DNA of 64,000 bases from Octopus vulgaris (lineage: Eukaryota). Position 1 is the first letter of the stretch. Each line of letters begins with the position of its first letter. The notes beneath the pieces are model-generated. The model was not told where the DNA came from and made no database searches. It saw nothing but the letters and a program-made list of their open reading frames with translations. The DNA is taken from positions 72,664,001 to 72,728,000 of the forward strand of contig OX597814.1 of the NCBI GenBank assembly GCA_951406725.2, given 5' to 3'. Positions 28,843 to 42,547 of this stretch are shown piece by piece. The translations under genes were made by a program, and so were the position numbers.

Positions 28843-28893
28843 AGCTTCCTGATGATTTCTTTTGAATGAAACAGTTCTAGTCCTGTAGAAGCT
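28843..28893 (+). ncRNA. Type I hammerhead ribozyme
   Basis: agcttc-CTGATGA-tttcttttgaat-GAAA-cag(ttctagtc)ctg-TA-gaagct: 6-bp stem I, GUA cleavage triplet. Confidence 0.82.
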
Positions 28894-28973
28894 CCTTCTA
28901 TAAAATAAATTAATTTACTTTGCTATGTATTGAGTACCTTATTGACTGTGGTTAACCCCGACTCAACCCGGGA

Positions 28974-29051
<78 letters not shown>

Positions 29052-29076
29052 TATACATATATATATATATATATGC

Positions 29077-29166
<90 letters not shown>

Positions 29167-29202
29167 GCATATATATATATGCATATATATATATAGATAT
29201 AC

Positions 29203-32200
29203 TTTTGACCGACCAGTCCGTCAGGCGTCCATTTGACACCGCTGGTCACAGCACGCTGTCCACTCCTCTCTGGATCGCGCCTTTCTCATCCACGTGATCC
29301 CAATCGTCCTCTTGAAATCGTCACTCCACTGTCGTGGAGGTCTTCAAGGTGGTCTTTTCCGCTCACGCGGGTACCATTCGTCAACTGCGTGTGTCCGCCA
29401 ATTATCGGTGAGCCAGGCGACGTGTCCAGCCCATCTATACTTGATGCAAGTATACTCTGCGATGACATCTCTCACGCCGGACTTCTTTCTGATGATGCTG
29501 CTATTTATGTGCTCTCTCAACGAGATACCAAGCATTGACCTTTCCATGGCTCTTTGAGCCGTTATCAGTCTTTGCTCTTCTCTCTTTGTGGTAGCCCATG
29601 TTTCACTACCATATAACATTGCAGGCAGAACTGCACTGTTAATGAGGTTGGCGCGGGTGGTCCTGTCCAACCTTCCCTTGAGCACATCCCTTATGCCATT
29701 GAACGCCTTCCATCCGGCCCTTACTCTCCGTGAGATCTCCATTTTGATATCCCAGCACATATGTACTTCCTGTCCCAGGTAGACATATTCTCTCACCTCC
29801 TCTATTTCATCACTGCTGATCACCATTCGACCTGTTGGTACGTTGTCTGACCGCATGAACTTTGTTTTCATGCGGTTCATCTTGAGACCTACTGCAGAAC
29901 TTTTGATGTCGAGCTCCGTCAGCATGGTCTGAAGCTGATCCATGTTTTCAGCGATGAGTACGATGTCGTCAGCGAAACGGAGGTGAGTGAGGAGCTCGCC
30001 ATTGATGTTGACACTACCTTGCCATTCGATGCCTCTGATGATCTGTTCGAGACATGCAGTGAAAAGTTTTGGGGAGATTGTATCTCCTTGCTTCACTCCC
30101 TTCTCGACCGGCACTCGTATGGGTGATGACAGTAGAGCTATGTCGCTGGTGCATCCAGAATTTGCCTCTCTGAGCAGCTGCACATATTGCGCTTCGATTC
30201 CTTGCCTCTGCAGCGAGTTCAGCACTGCATTGGTTTCGACGCTATCAAAGGCTTTCTCATAATCTATAAACACAACGCAAAGAGGCAGCTTGTACTCATT
30301 TGCTCGCTCAAGCAGTTGCGTTAGAGCAAATATATGGTCCATTGTGCTGTAGTTCTTCTGGAAGCCTGCTTGCTCCCTCGGTTGTTGTTCGTCGAGACGA
30401 CGTGACAACCTGTTCAGAATTATCTTCGTGAACAGCTTGTACACGTGAGACAGCAGGCATATGGGTCGGTAGTTCTTTAGATCTTCTCTGTCGCCCTTCT
30501 TATACAGCAGGATGGTATTTGACTCTTTCCACTGCGAGGGAATTCTTCCTTCGTCTAGATAGTGTGTAAATCGCTCAGCGAGGATTTTCCAGAGCTGCTC
30601 TCTGCCTGACTTTAGCACCTCCGATGTTATACCGTCTTTCCCTGGAGCCTTTCCATTTTTCATCGAGCCGATGGCTCTTTCAAACTCACTGACAAGGATA
30701 GGTGGCACGTTTTCTTCCTGTTGGAGTGGTGGTAACGGCTGGACATTTCTGGTAGACTTAAAGAGCTTGGTGTAGAAGTCTTCACAAACTTTTTCCATCT
30801 CGCTCTTCTCGTTGACCGGTATTCCATCTGTATTTTTCAGGGCCGTCACCTCCGATCTATATAGTACCATGTCCCTCTTGCATTTCTTGAGGCTCTTCTT
30901 TTCCTCTGCGGCCTTCAAGAGATTCTCCATCCGGTATGCCTCAAAGTCTTTCTTTAGTTGCTGACGAATCACTCTGCTGAGAATGGAATATTCAAGGTGA
31001 TCTTCAATAGTCATCTTCATATTTTTCCTCTTCTCGAGTAACTTCGTAGTTTCTTCTGAGATTCTTCCCTTCTTTTCTCTTGGGCATACACCCTTAGCCT
31101 TCCTTAAACACTCCTTCAGTTTCCCTATCAGTGAGTTGTAGTCATCGTCTATGTCATCTCCTTGGCACCAGTCTTCCTGCATGATGGCTTCCTGCAGCTT
31201 TGCCTCGTTGTAGACTCGGACATGTTTTCCCTTCGACGCCAAATATAACGCCATCTTCTCGTCGTTAACGACCCTCACTGCCGGTGTTGAATGGCGTCAC
31301 GATGGAGACGTCATGCAATATGCGTCGCTTATCAACCAGGATGTAGTCGATCTCGCTTCGGTGCTTAGAGTTTGGCGATATCCAAGTCCATCTCTTCCTC
31401 TCCCTCTTCCTGAATAGGCTGTTTCCGATGTAGAGCTGCCTCGCCTCTGCCTTGGTAGCCAAACGTTCTCCTCTCTCGTTTCTCTCTCCCATGCCAAATC
31501 TTCCAACGTATTCCTCTCCTTGTCGTCCATGTCCAACCTTTGCGTTGAAGTCTCCCATCACGACAGTGTAAGTGGACTTCATAGCCAACCCTTTGTCTAG
31601 TTGTCGATAGAATTCTTCCACCTCGTCGTCGTCGCTGGCACTTGTGGGAGCATAGGTCTGGACAATCTTGAGGGTGGCCTTCCCTGAGAGGTTCACATTT
31701 AGTACACCAATCCGTGATGATATGAAGTGGCAAGAAGCGACCCTCGAAGCCCATTCCTTACTTACGATGAATCCGATACCTCCGACCAATCTAGCACCTT
31801 CTGCTCTTCCTAATCTCACAATGCATTCATCTTACCATCGTATACTCGCTTCCTTCTTCCAGCATGTCTCGCACAACCCTAACAAATCGCACCTGATCTT
31901 CTTCCTCTCCTCCATTAGGTGGTTCAGTTCTTGCTACCCTGCCATAGACCTGCAGTTGTAGGTGCATATGGCAAGTTTAGTCCTGTTCCATGACGGCTTT
32001 CGGGAACCTGTGATTCTTAGCAGCCTCTTGTTGCTCGAGTTGCACTCTGCCGTCATGGAGTGGCCCGATTGATGTGCAGGGTACTGAGGCCCTTTTCCTT
32101 TTCTCTTCGTTCTTCGTGCTGTTTTAGCCATAAGATGACGCCATCCCACTGGCTGGGCAGGCAGGACGGTATTTTGTTGGATGGCCGTTGACTCTTCAGG

Positions 32201-32212
32201 AGTTTATCCGCC
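29203..32212 (-). mobile_element. Near full-length RTE LINE (APE + RT, frame break near 31270)
   Basis: CTYNCR, VVMGDFNAKVG and EIDYIL (APE, 31265-31980). 644-aa RT ORF. Flanked by (TA)n. Confidence 0.93.
29344..31278 (-). CDS. RTE reverse transcriptase (ORF2 fragment)
   Basis: KAPGKDG, NYRPICLL, FIDYEKAFD, GVKQGDTISPKLF, LRFADDIVL, YVYLG, MLYGSETW, RWAGHV. Confidence 0.9.
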   Translation of the reverse strand: MRVVNDEKMALYLASKGKHVRVYNEAKLQEAIMQEDWCQGDDIDDDYNSLIGKLKECLRKAKGVCPREKKGRISEETTKLLEKRKNMKMTIEDHLEYSILSRVIRQQLKKDFEAYRMENLLKAAEEKKSLKKCKRDMVLYRSEVTALKNTDGIPVNEKSEMEKVCEDFYTKLFKSTRNVQPLPPLQQEENVPPILVSEFERAIGSMKNGKAPGKDGITSEVLKSGREQLWKILAERFTHYLDEGRIPSQWKESNTILLYKKGDREDLKNYRPICLLSHVYKLFTKIILNRLSRRLDEQQPREQAGFQKNYSTMDHIFALTQLLERANEYKLPLCVVFIDYEKAFDSVETNAVLNSLQRQGIEAQYVQLLREANSGCTSDIALLSSPIRVPVEKGVKQGDTISPKLFTACLEQIIRGIEWQGSVNINGELLTHLRFADDIVLIAENMDQLQTMLTELDIKSSAVGLKMNRMKTKFMRSDNVPTGRMVISSDEIEEVREYVYLGQEVHMCWDIKMEISRRVRAGWKAFNGIRDVLKGRLDRTTRANLINSAVLPAMLYGSETWATTKREEQRLITAQRAMERSMLGISLREHINSSIIRKKSGVRDVIAEYTCIKYRWAGHVAWLTDNWRTHAVDEWYPRERKRPP

Positions 32213-32226
32213 TATATAGATATACA

Positions 32227-33125
<899 letters not shown>

Positions 33126-33194
33126 ATATTATATATATATGTTATATATATATATATATATTTATATATTTCATATATATATATATTTATATAT

Positions 33195-33236
<42 letters not shown>

Positions 33237-33244
33237 TATTTTAC

Positions 33245-33275
<31 letters not shown>

Positions 33276-33284
33276 TAACAAAAT

Positions 33285-33368
33285 CTTGAGCTGATGACGG
33301 AAATGTTGATAGGAGTATGTATTTCTAGCATCTCTTTATCCAACTAATCCAGAAACGGCGTTCTCAAG
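33285..33368 (+). ncRNA. Type I hammerhead ribozyme motif
   Basis: cttgag-CTGATGA-cgga...tcca-GAAA-cggcg-TT-ctcaag. First pair of stem II is mismatched. Confidence 0.65.
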
Positions 33369-33653
33369 TAATCGATGTACGTGTGATCTTTCGTTATTTT
33401 TCCCTCTATACCTACGTGAATTATTTTTTGAGTACACATTGTCTGGGAGACTTTTCTTATAGTAGAAGAAATAGCTAAAATTTTTTGGCTGTTATTTCTA
33501 CAAGTTCGGTGTGTGGTAAAGTAAACTTTTTTTACTGAACCCTAATTATATAATGTAATGTTTTAAATATACCATAAATGGTCTTTTTACATACTGAACA
33601 CTACATGGTAAAATTAATTAATAATTAATTAATTTTACCCTTTTATTATTGAC

Positions 33654-34191
<538 letters not shown>

Positions 34192-34226
34192 TGTATATAT
34201 ATATATGTTTGTATATATATATATAT

Positions 34227-35212
34227 AACCACCGTTATATATGTTTTGTTTTTTCATTACTGTTTTCAATTTCGTTTTCGTCTCTTGTATTCACATCCGT
34301 CTTGTGCGTTCACATTCCTGTCTTCTACCAAGAAATCTAATGCTTACAGCTTAGTTTTTTTTCTTGGGGCTGGCCGAGTTGGAGCAAATATCAGAATTGA
34401 ACAGCCGAAATTTGCTATGATGATTCGGTGTCTGACTGAAGATTGAAGGCTTCGAATGATTTGTCTGTGTTCCGTGTTCGTCCCTTCCTGTATTTCTCGT
34501 TCATTATATATAAAAACATTCATTCTTATATTATTGCGGCGTTACGTGCACCCCCCGTTTGTTTGTCCAATTTTAAACCCTGCACGACTTCTATACACAC
34601 TGTCTTTTACTACCCGCCATTGCTTCTTCACCAAACTTTTTGGCGCCCTCCGATTCTTCCCCTCTCTTCCTCCCATCCTCCTTAATCCCTTCTTTCTCCT
34701 CTCTTGGTCACTGATTCTGTCCCCTGCCTTCCACCCTCTTTGATTCCCTCTCTCTCTGTCTCTCTTTCTCTCTCTCCTGCGACCTGCTGCTTCTTCAACC
34801 ATTCTGTTGGCCTTCGTATCTCGACCAACATGTGTCCCCGCTACCGAAACGGTAATTATTTCTACGCCAGCTGCTATGTTGTTGTTGTTTTGTCTCATTT
34901 GGTCTAAAGTCGTATGACAACCACCGTTATATATGTTTTGTTTTTTCATTACTGTTTTCAATTTCGTTTTCGTCTCTTGTATTCACATCCGTCTTGTGCG
35001 TTCACATTCCTGTCTTCTACCAAGAAATCTAATGCTTACAGCTTAGTTTTTTTCTTGGGGCTGGCCGAGTTGGAGCAAATATCAGAATTGAACAGCCGAA
35101 ATTTGCTATGATGATTCGGTGTCTGACTGAAGATTGAAGGCTTCGAATGATTTGTCTGTGTTCCGTGTTCGTCCCTTCCTGTATTTCTCGTTCATTATAT
35201 ATAAAAACATTC

Positions 35213-35215
<3 letters not shown>
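34227..35215. repeat. Non-coding 692-bp unit with ~298-bp terminal direct repeat, in (TA)n
   Basis: 34227-34524 matches 34919-35215 except for one T-run length difference. Confidence 0.9.
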
Positions 35216-35290
<75 letters not shown>

Positions 35291-35334
35291 TTATATATGC
35301 ATATATATTTATATATGTATATATATTTATATAT

Positions 35335-35391
<57 letters not shown>

Positions 35392-35479
35392 CATATATAT
35401 ATATATATATATATATTCATATATTACATATATATATATATTTATATATTACATATATACATATATATTTATATATTAC

Positions 35480-35514
<35 letters not shown>

Positions 35515-35573
35515 TGTAATATATAAATATATATATATGTAATATATGAATATATATATGATTGATTGATTTG

Positions 35574-36597
<1,024 letters not shown>

Positions 36598-36609
36598 ATG
36601 TGTAATATA

Positions 36610-36640
<31 letters not shown>

Positions 36641-36641
<1 letters not shown>

Positions 36642-37288
36642 CTAAGCAATTAAGGGTTTAGCAACGAATTGCCTCACCACACACCGAATTTAGAAATAGC
36701 AGTCAAAGAGTTATAGCTATTCTTTCTACTAAAAGGGAGATCTCAGTAAAAACACAGCACTTGAAAGGCAAACACAGACAGGTAAGAGAGAATGAAATGA
36801 CGGCAATCTATCATACAATTTTAAGTCACCTACGGACGTACGTTTCGAAATCAAGTTTTAGGAAAGCATAAGAATTAGATAATTCTACCTTACCCAACTT
36901 CTTTTCTCATCAGCGTAGGACACTACAATTATGAATAATTGTATATTAAATTTTGAGATACTAGAAGGCATCATCTCAACTCAGTATCAGAGCGAGCTAA
37001 GGCCATTACCAGTACCACTAAATTCAAAGTGTGAGTGAAAGTTTGTGTCACCAGCCCCTTCCCACCCGCGTGCAGCCAAGACAAGATGCTGTGGTCATTT
37101 ACTGGGATGAAATATGGTTATCAGTAACAATATAGGGTGAAATTAATTAATTTGGAATAATTATCAATTACACCAAGTAGATTTCGGCATGTAAAAGCTT
37201 CATTCGAAGAAAATTTAAGTAATACTAAGCAATTAAGGGTTTAGCAACGAATTGCCTCACCACACACCGAATTTAGAAATAGCAGTCA
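36641..37288 (-). mobile_element. Non-coding hammerhead-bearing element (retrozyme/pLTR-like), 583-bp unit + 65-bp direct repeat
   Basis: 36641-36705 matches 37224-37288. No ORF. Internal hammerhead. Homologous to 33280-33655. Confidence 0.75.
36829..36919 (-). ncRNA. Type I hammerhead ribozyme
   Basis: Minus strand: cctacg-CTGATGA-gaaa...tttc-GAAA-cgtacg-TC-cgtagg. GUC triplet, palindromic stem III. Confidence 0.85.
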
Positions 37289-39868
37289 TCATCATCATCA
37301 TCATCATCGTTTAACGTCCGCTTTCCATGCTAGCATGGGTTGGACGGTTCAACTGGGGTCTGGCAAGCCCGAAGGCTGCACCAGGCCAGTCAGATCTGGC
37401 AGTGTTTCTACAGCTGGATGCCCTTCCTAACGCCAACCACTCCGAGAGTGTAGTGGGTGATTTTATGTGCCACCGACACAGGTGCCAGACGAGGCTGGCA
37501 GACGGCCACGCTCGGATGGTGTTTTTTATGTGCCACCGACACAGGTGCCAGACGAGGCTGGCAGACGGCCATGCTCGGATGGTGTTTTCTTATGTGTCAC
37601 CGACACAGGTGCCAGACGAGGCTGGCGAACGGCCACGCTCGGATGGTGTTTGTTACGTGCCCTCAGCACGGAGGCCAGTCGTTGCGGTACTGGCTACGGT
37701 CACGTTCGGATGGTTTTCTTATGTGCCACCGGCACTGGTACCACAAGGATACAAATTCTATTGATGTTCATCTATTTTGATTTGGTTCGATTTGATTTGA
37801 TTTGATTCTCACTTGCCTCAACAGGTCTTCACAAGTGTCACAAGAAGGAAGGTATGCACAGGTAGGGGCCACGGGGTATGGCTTCACTAGTCTTGCCGGG
37901 TCTTCTCACGCACAGCATACTTCCATAGGTCTCGGTCTCTAGTCATTTCCATGGTGAGACCTAACGTCCGAAGGTCGTGCTTCACCACCTCGTCCCAGGT
38001 TTTCCTGGGTCTACCTCTTCCACGGGTTCCCTCAACTGCTAGGGATTGGCACTTTCTCACACACCTATCTTCATCCATTCTCGCCACATGACCATACCAG
38101 CGCAATCGTCTCTCTTGCACACCACAACTGATGCTTCTTAGGTACAACATTTCTCTCAAGGTACTAACGCTCTGTCGAGTAAGTACACTGACATTACACA
38201 TCCATCGGAGCATACTGGCTTCGTTCCTCACGAGCTTACGCATGTCCTCAGCAGTCACGGCCCATGTTTCACTGCCATGTAGCATAGCTGTTCGTACACA
38301 TGCATCATACAGTCTGCCTTTTACTCTGAGCGAGAGGCCTTTAGTCACCAGCAGAGGTAAGAGCTCCCTAAACTTTGCCCAGGCTATTCTTATTCTAGCA
38401 GTTACACTTTCAGCGCACCCACCCCCACTACTGACTTGGTCACCTAGATAGCGGAAGCTATCAACTACTTCTAGTTTTTCCCCCGGAAAGTGACGGAAGT
38501 TGTTTTCTGCAGATTTTCGGAGGTCAATGCTCCCGAGCATCTGCCACATACAAAAACTATCTTCCCAGTTAGCCTACCTTTGACATTGCTGCACCTCTTA
38601 TGTGTCCATAGCTTACACTGGGTACATCTTATAGAGTTTCTACCTACACCTTTTCTACAGATCGAGCAGGGCCATCTTCCTGAGGATATTTGTGGATTGT
38701 CTACCTTCCTACTTATTAGTACTTTGGTTTTAGCTAGGTTGACTCTAAGGCCCCTCGATTCTAAACCCTCCTTCCACACCTGGAACTTCTCCTCCAGTTC
38801 TGATAGTGACTCAGCAATTAGAGCGAGGTCGTCAGCATAGAGGAGCTCCCAGGGGCAACCTGTCTTGAATTCCTCCTCAATTGCCTGGAGGACTATGATA
38901 AATAGGAGGGGGCTGAGTACTGAACCCTGGTGGACCCCAACCTCTACTTTGAATTCTTCTGTGTACATGTTGCCAACCCTAACCTTACTTACGGCATCTC
39001 TGTACATGGCTTGCACAGCCCTCACCAGCCATTCATCTATCCCTAGTTTCCTCATTGACCACCAGATGAGGGATCGGGGGACCCTATCAAAGGCTTTCTC
39101 CATGTCAACGAAAGCCAGGTACGGGGGCTTATCTTTGGCTAGGTATTTCTCCTGCAGCTGCCTTACCAGGAATATAGCATCAGTGGTGCTTTTCCCTGGC
39201 ACAAACCCAAACTGCATCTCATCTAAACTAACTCTCTCTCTAATTAGTTGGGCTATGACCCTCTCCGTAACCTTCATTACTTGATCCAACAGCTTGATAC
39301 CTCTGTAATTATTTGTATCTAGGGCATCACCTTTACCTTTGTAGCAGTTGACTAGTATGCTGCTACACCAGTCATTGGGTATGACTCCGTGTATCACCTG
39401 GTTGACTATACGGGTGACTAGGTTATAGCCGACACTGCCAGATATTTTGAGCATCTCTGCAGTAATTCCTGATGGGCCTGGGGCTTTCCCTGTCTTCATG
39501 CTTCTATTTGCCTTAGCTACCACGGAACTATCAACTCGGATAGCTGGTCCCTCTGTTGGGTCAACATTCGGCAGACTCTCTTTATCCCATTCATTTTCTT
39601 TATTCAGCAACCTTTCATAGTGGCATCTCCAAACCTCTCTCTTTGCATCCTCATTTAGCGCAAGTGAACCATCATCCATGCGAACACACTTCTCTCCTAC
39701 CACATCACGATTCTCTCTCACACACTGTCTTGCAACACGAAATACCTCAAGTCTTTCATCCTCACGGCTCAGAACATTGGCAAATTTTTTCTTATCCGCT
39801 TCCCCTCTGGCTAAATAAACCTGTCTCCTAGCTTCCCTTCTGTCTGTCTGATACAATTCCCTGCTACA
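37287..39868 (-). mobile_element. 5'-truncated RTE-type LINE (RT + PHD finger + C-terminus, one frameshift near 38480)
   Basis: ORFs 38471-39856 (KAPGPSG, NYRGIKLL, HQGSVLSPLLF, YADDL) and 37887-38549. 3' UTR repeats and (cat)n tail. Confidence 0.93.
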
Positions 39869-39869
39869 A

Positions 39870-41400
39870 TTCTGATTTCAGAAGCTTTTGGCACTAAATT
39901 GTTAGCATACTCGAGTCCTTGGCTTTGACAAGGAAGAGGTATTGGCTATGACTGTCAGCTCTCTTTATTTGTTTGTCATAACACGTGTAGGTGTATATAT
40001 CAAGCATTTCATTAAACTCCTCTAATTATCAAACATTTCTTATCTCCTCTTTGCTTGATAGGTACTTTGTCTAATTTATAAGCAGATTCAATCAATCTCT
40101 CAATTTTTAGAGCTATTCCCTCAAACCCAATATAAGGAAAATAAAATTTGTCCTGTAGGGAATACAACCGTACATAAGGAGTTGGTGACAAAGGTCTCCT
40201 TTTTAACGCCGCACGGTCGCCCCTAACAAAATAAGAAGCCAAATACATATAAAATACAGTGCCAAAAGGAATAAATGGACGACAAAACCGTTCAACTGTT
40301 TGAGAGAGAAGACTTTATTTTAAAGGTGTACAAAGAGTGTATGTGAGTGTATGTGCTTGCGACAGGTGTTTGTGTCTGTATGTTTATGTGTGCGACAGAA
40401 AGTGAATGCGTATACAACAGAAATACAGAGCATAAGATTAATGTCTCAACATATTGAGTTAAGATGGAAATTGTTTACCAGTTCGTAAGTGAGGTACACG
40501 ATTGCAAGTTCTATAACAAGATGTTGTGGACACGAGGCAGAGGCCGGTTGGGATATATGTTGTGCAGCGGTTGGAGCTTCAATGCCGTGCTACAGAAAGT
40601 TCTTTCAGGTAGACTGCAACTGTTTTACCTCGGTGAAATATTCACAAATAATGTGGAGTTTAGACCTGGGCGAAGTTAATGTGTACATATTGCTGAAATC
40701 GACGGAGATGGAGACGACGTAAAGTTGAAGGACGACGATGGTGATGGTGGTGACAGAGGGAGACAACGTCGAGATGAAGGCGACGGAGATGTAGACCGTC
40801 TTGTCTGTCGCTGGTGTATAATAGCGTCTTCATGGCTGGCTGGTCGTCTGTCGCTGGAACTGGAACATGGCTGAGTAGCTCTGTGGTCAGTGACTAGACC
40901 TTAGAGGGTCTAGAGCCAAAGACCTGGAATAGTGAATGCTGTGCTTTATATAGGATTTAGGTGGCTCAAATGAAGGATCAGAAAACAGTGTCACGAGACC
41001 TTATCCGTAGGCCGGATTGGTTGGCTTACACACTGGCGCGAAATAAGTCCAAAGACAAACTGCGCCAAATGCCAACCAATCAGAGCAGTGAACACAACAG
41101 GGTCAAACTAGCCAAAGATGGTTGTAAACTACCACGAGATTATTCTTAATATGTCTCTCAAACAGTGAGGATATCAAACAGTGAGGATACAGTCCTATAT
41201 TGTTTGCACATCAGCAGCAATAGTCCGGTAGCATTCTTTCGCTGTGAGTGAAGTTCTTGATATCTGTTCTTCACGTTTTCTCATATAATTGACATCGGAA
41301 TACATCAGCCTTTGATGGGATTATTGCTGTAGAAAATTCTGCAGGAAACCCAAAAACTGAATTACGGCTTTTACTTCTAGTAGCCATTCTACAATTTTAT
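39870..41400 (-). pseudogene. Decayed DNA-transposase N-terminus split by a solo LTR
   Basis: With 40154-41191 removed, broken frames read MATRSK..FGFP..IPSKADVFR...TI*DKFYFPYIG..KIERL..KVP. Confidence 0.4.
40154..41191 (-). mobile_element. Solo LTR
   Basis: tgta...taca ends, exact 4-bp TSD gtcc. Minus-strand TATA-like (~40945) and AATAAA (~40313) motifs. Confidence 0.8.
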
Positions 41401-41863
41401 ATATTTAGCTCTGAAATAATCTGAAAAAAACCCCAAAACAAAACAAAATCATTTAACAAATGTATGCATTTTCTAAAATAAAATTTAACACATATTGATA
41501 GGGGTGCCTATCTACCAATCATCTTATATCTCAATGTTTTTGCTATCTTTACTCATCAGATGTTTTAAACAAGGTTTCTACAGTGAAATAAGATCAAATG
41601 TTCCATAATAATAAGCAATTTAGCATATACGTGTTAGTGATTATATGATTAATATAGTAAATTAAGGTATTGAAGTGGGGGGGGTCATGCGAGGGGTACG
41701 GGGTGTCACATAACCCTAATTTTCATATATTTTATTGAAAATACTATTTGAAACTCTGTGCATACCGTGGAATTAAGGTTTCTTAAAAATTGTTGTGTAT
41801 ATATTGTATACACATACATAAACACCCATACACATACATATATATATGTATGTATCTATGTAT

Positions 41864-41914
<51 letters not shown>

Positions 41915-42012
41915 ACGGGAAGCTTTATGAAAATAAACAAAAGACGAAGGCAGGTGGAAAACAAACGAACAATTGTATTAGTATGGCGCTCAGGAAATAT
42001 AAATAAAACAAG

Positions 42013-42050
42013 TCTTTAACGTTTCGAGCCTACGCTCTTCAACAGAAAGA
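42013..42050 (-). ncRNA. Minimal hammerhead motif (variant core CTGTTGA)
   Basis: Minus strand: tcttt-CTGTTGA-agagcgtaggctc-GAAA-cg-TT-aaaga. Confidence 0.6.
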
Positions 42051-42547
42051 TACACAGAGAGAGAAAAACACAGAAAGAAGGAGAGAAAAAAATGCGTGCA
42101 GTAGCTAACGAATCAACATGGCGATCTGATTTCGGCCAGAGGTCAAAGATCAAACATGAGACGCGAGAGCGAAATAAGGGGAGATAATAGGGTTGATAAA
42201 AGGGTTGAGGGACCAGCTAAAAGTGCGTGGGAGGGGTCTGGATGTGTGTATGTATAGGGTTGGTGTATGTATTAGTATGTATAAGGGTGTGTGTGTGTGT
42301 GTGTGTGTGTATGAGAGAGTATTAGTGCGTAAGATTGGTCTGGACGTGCGTATGTATGGGGTTGGTGTATGTATTAGTATGTATTAGTATGTATTAGTAC
42401 GTATTGGTATGTATAGGTGTGTGTGTGTGTGAGAGAGTATAAGTGCGTATGCGGGGTCTGGACGTGTGTATGTATAGGGTTGGTGTAAGTATTAGTATGT
42501 ACTGGTATGTATTAGTAGGTATTAGTATGTATTAGTTGGTGTGTGTA

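Larger units (their letters stand above)
21669..28976 (+). mobile_element. Penelope-like element (Naiad-like): inverted pseudo-LTR + 5'-truncated ORF + ~3-kb 3' UTR/pLTR
   Basis: 21669-22800 plus 24146-24325 is the reverse complement of ~27620-28908. ORF at 24732-25952. Hammerheads in both pLTR copies. Extra ~65-bp tail on the right end only. Flanked by (TA)n. Confidence 0.88.

Noticed and set aside
34405-34450. ATGATGA...CTGA (C/D box or SECIS-like) and CTGAAGA (hammerhead-like) motifs
   Set aside because: Spacing is too short for a snoRNA, ATGA is on the wrong arm for a SECIS, and no GAAA with pairing stems completes a hammerhead.
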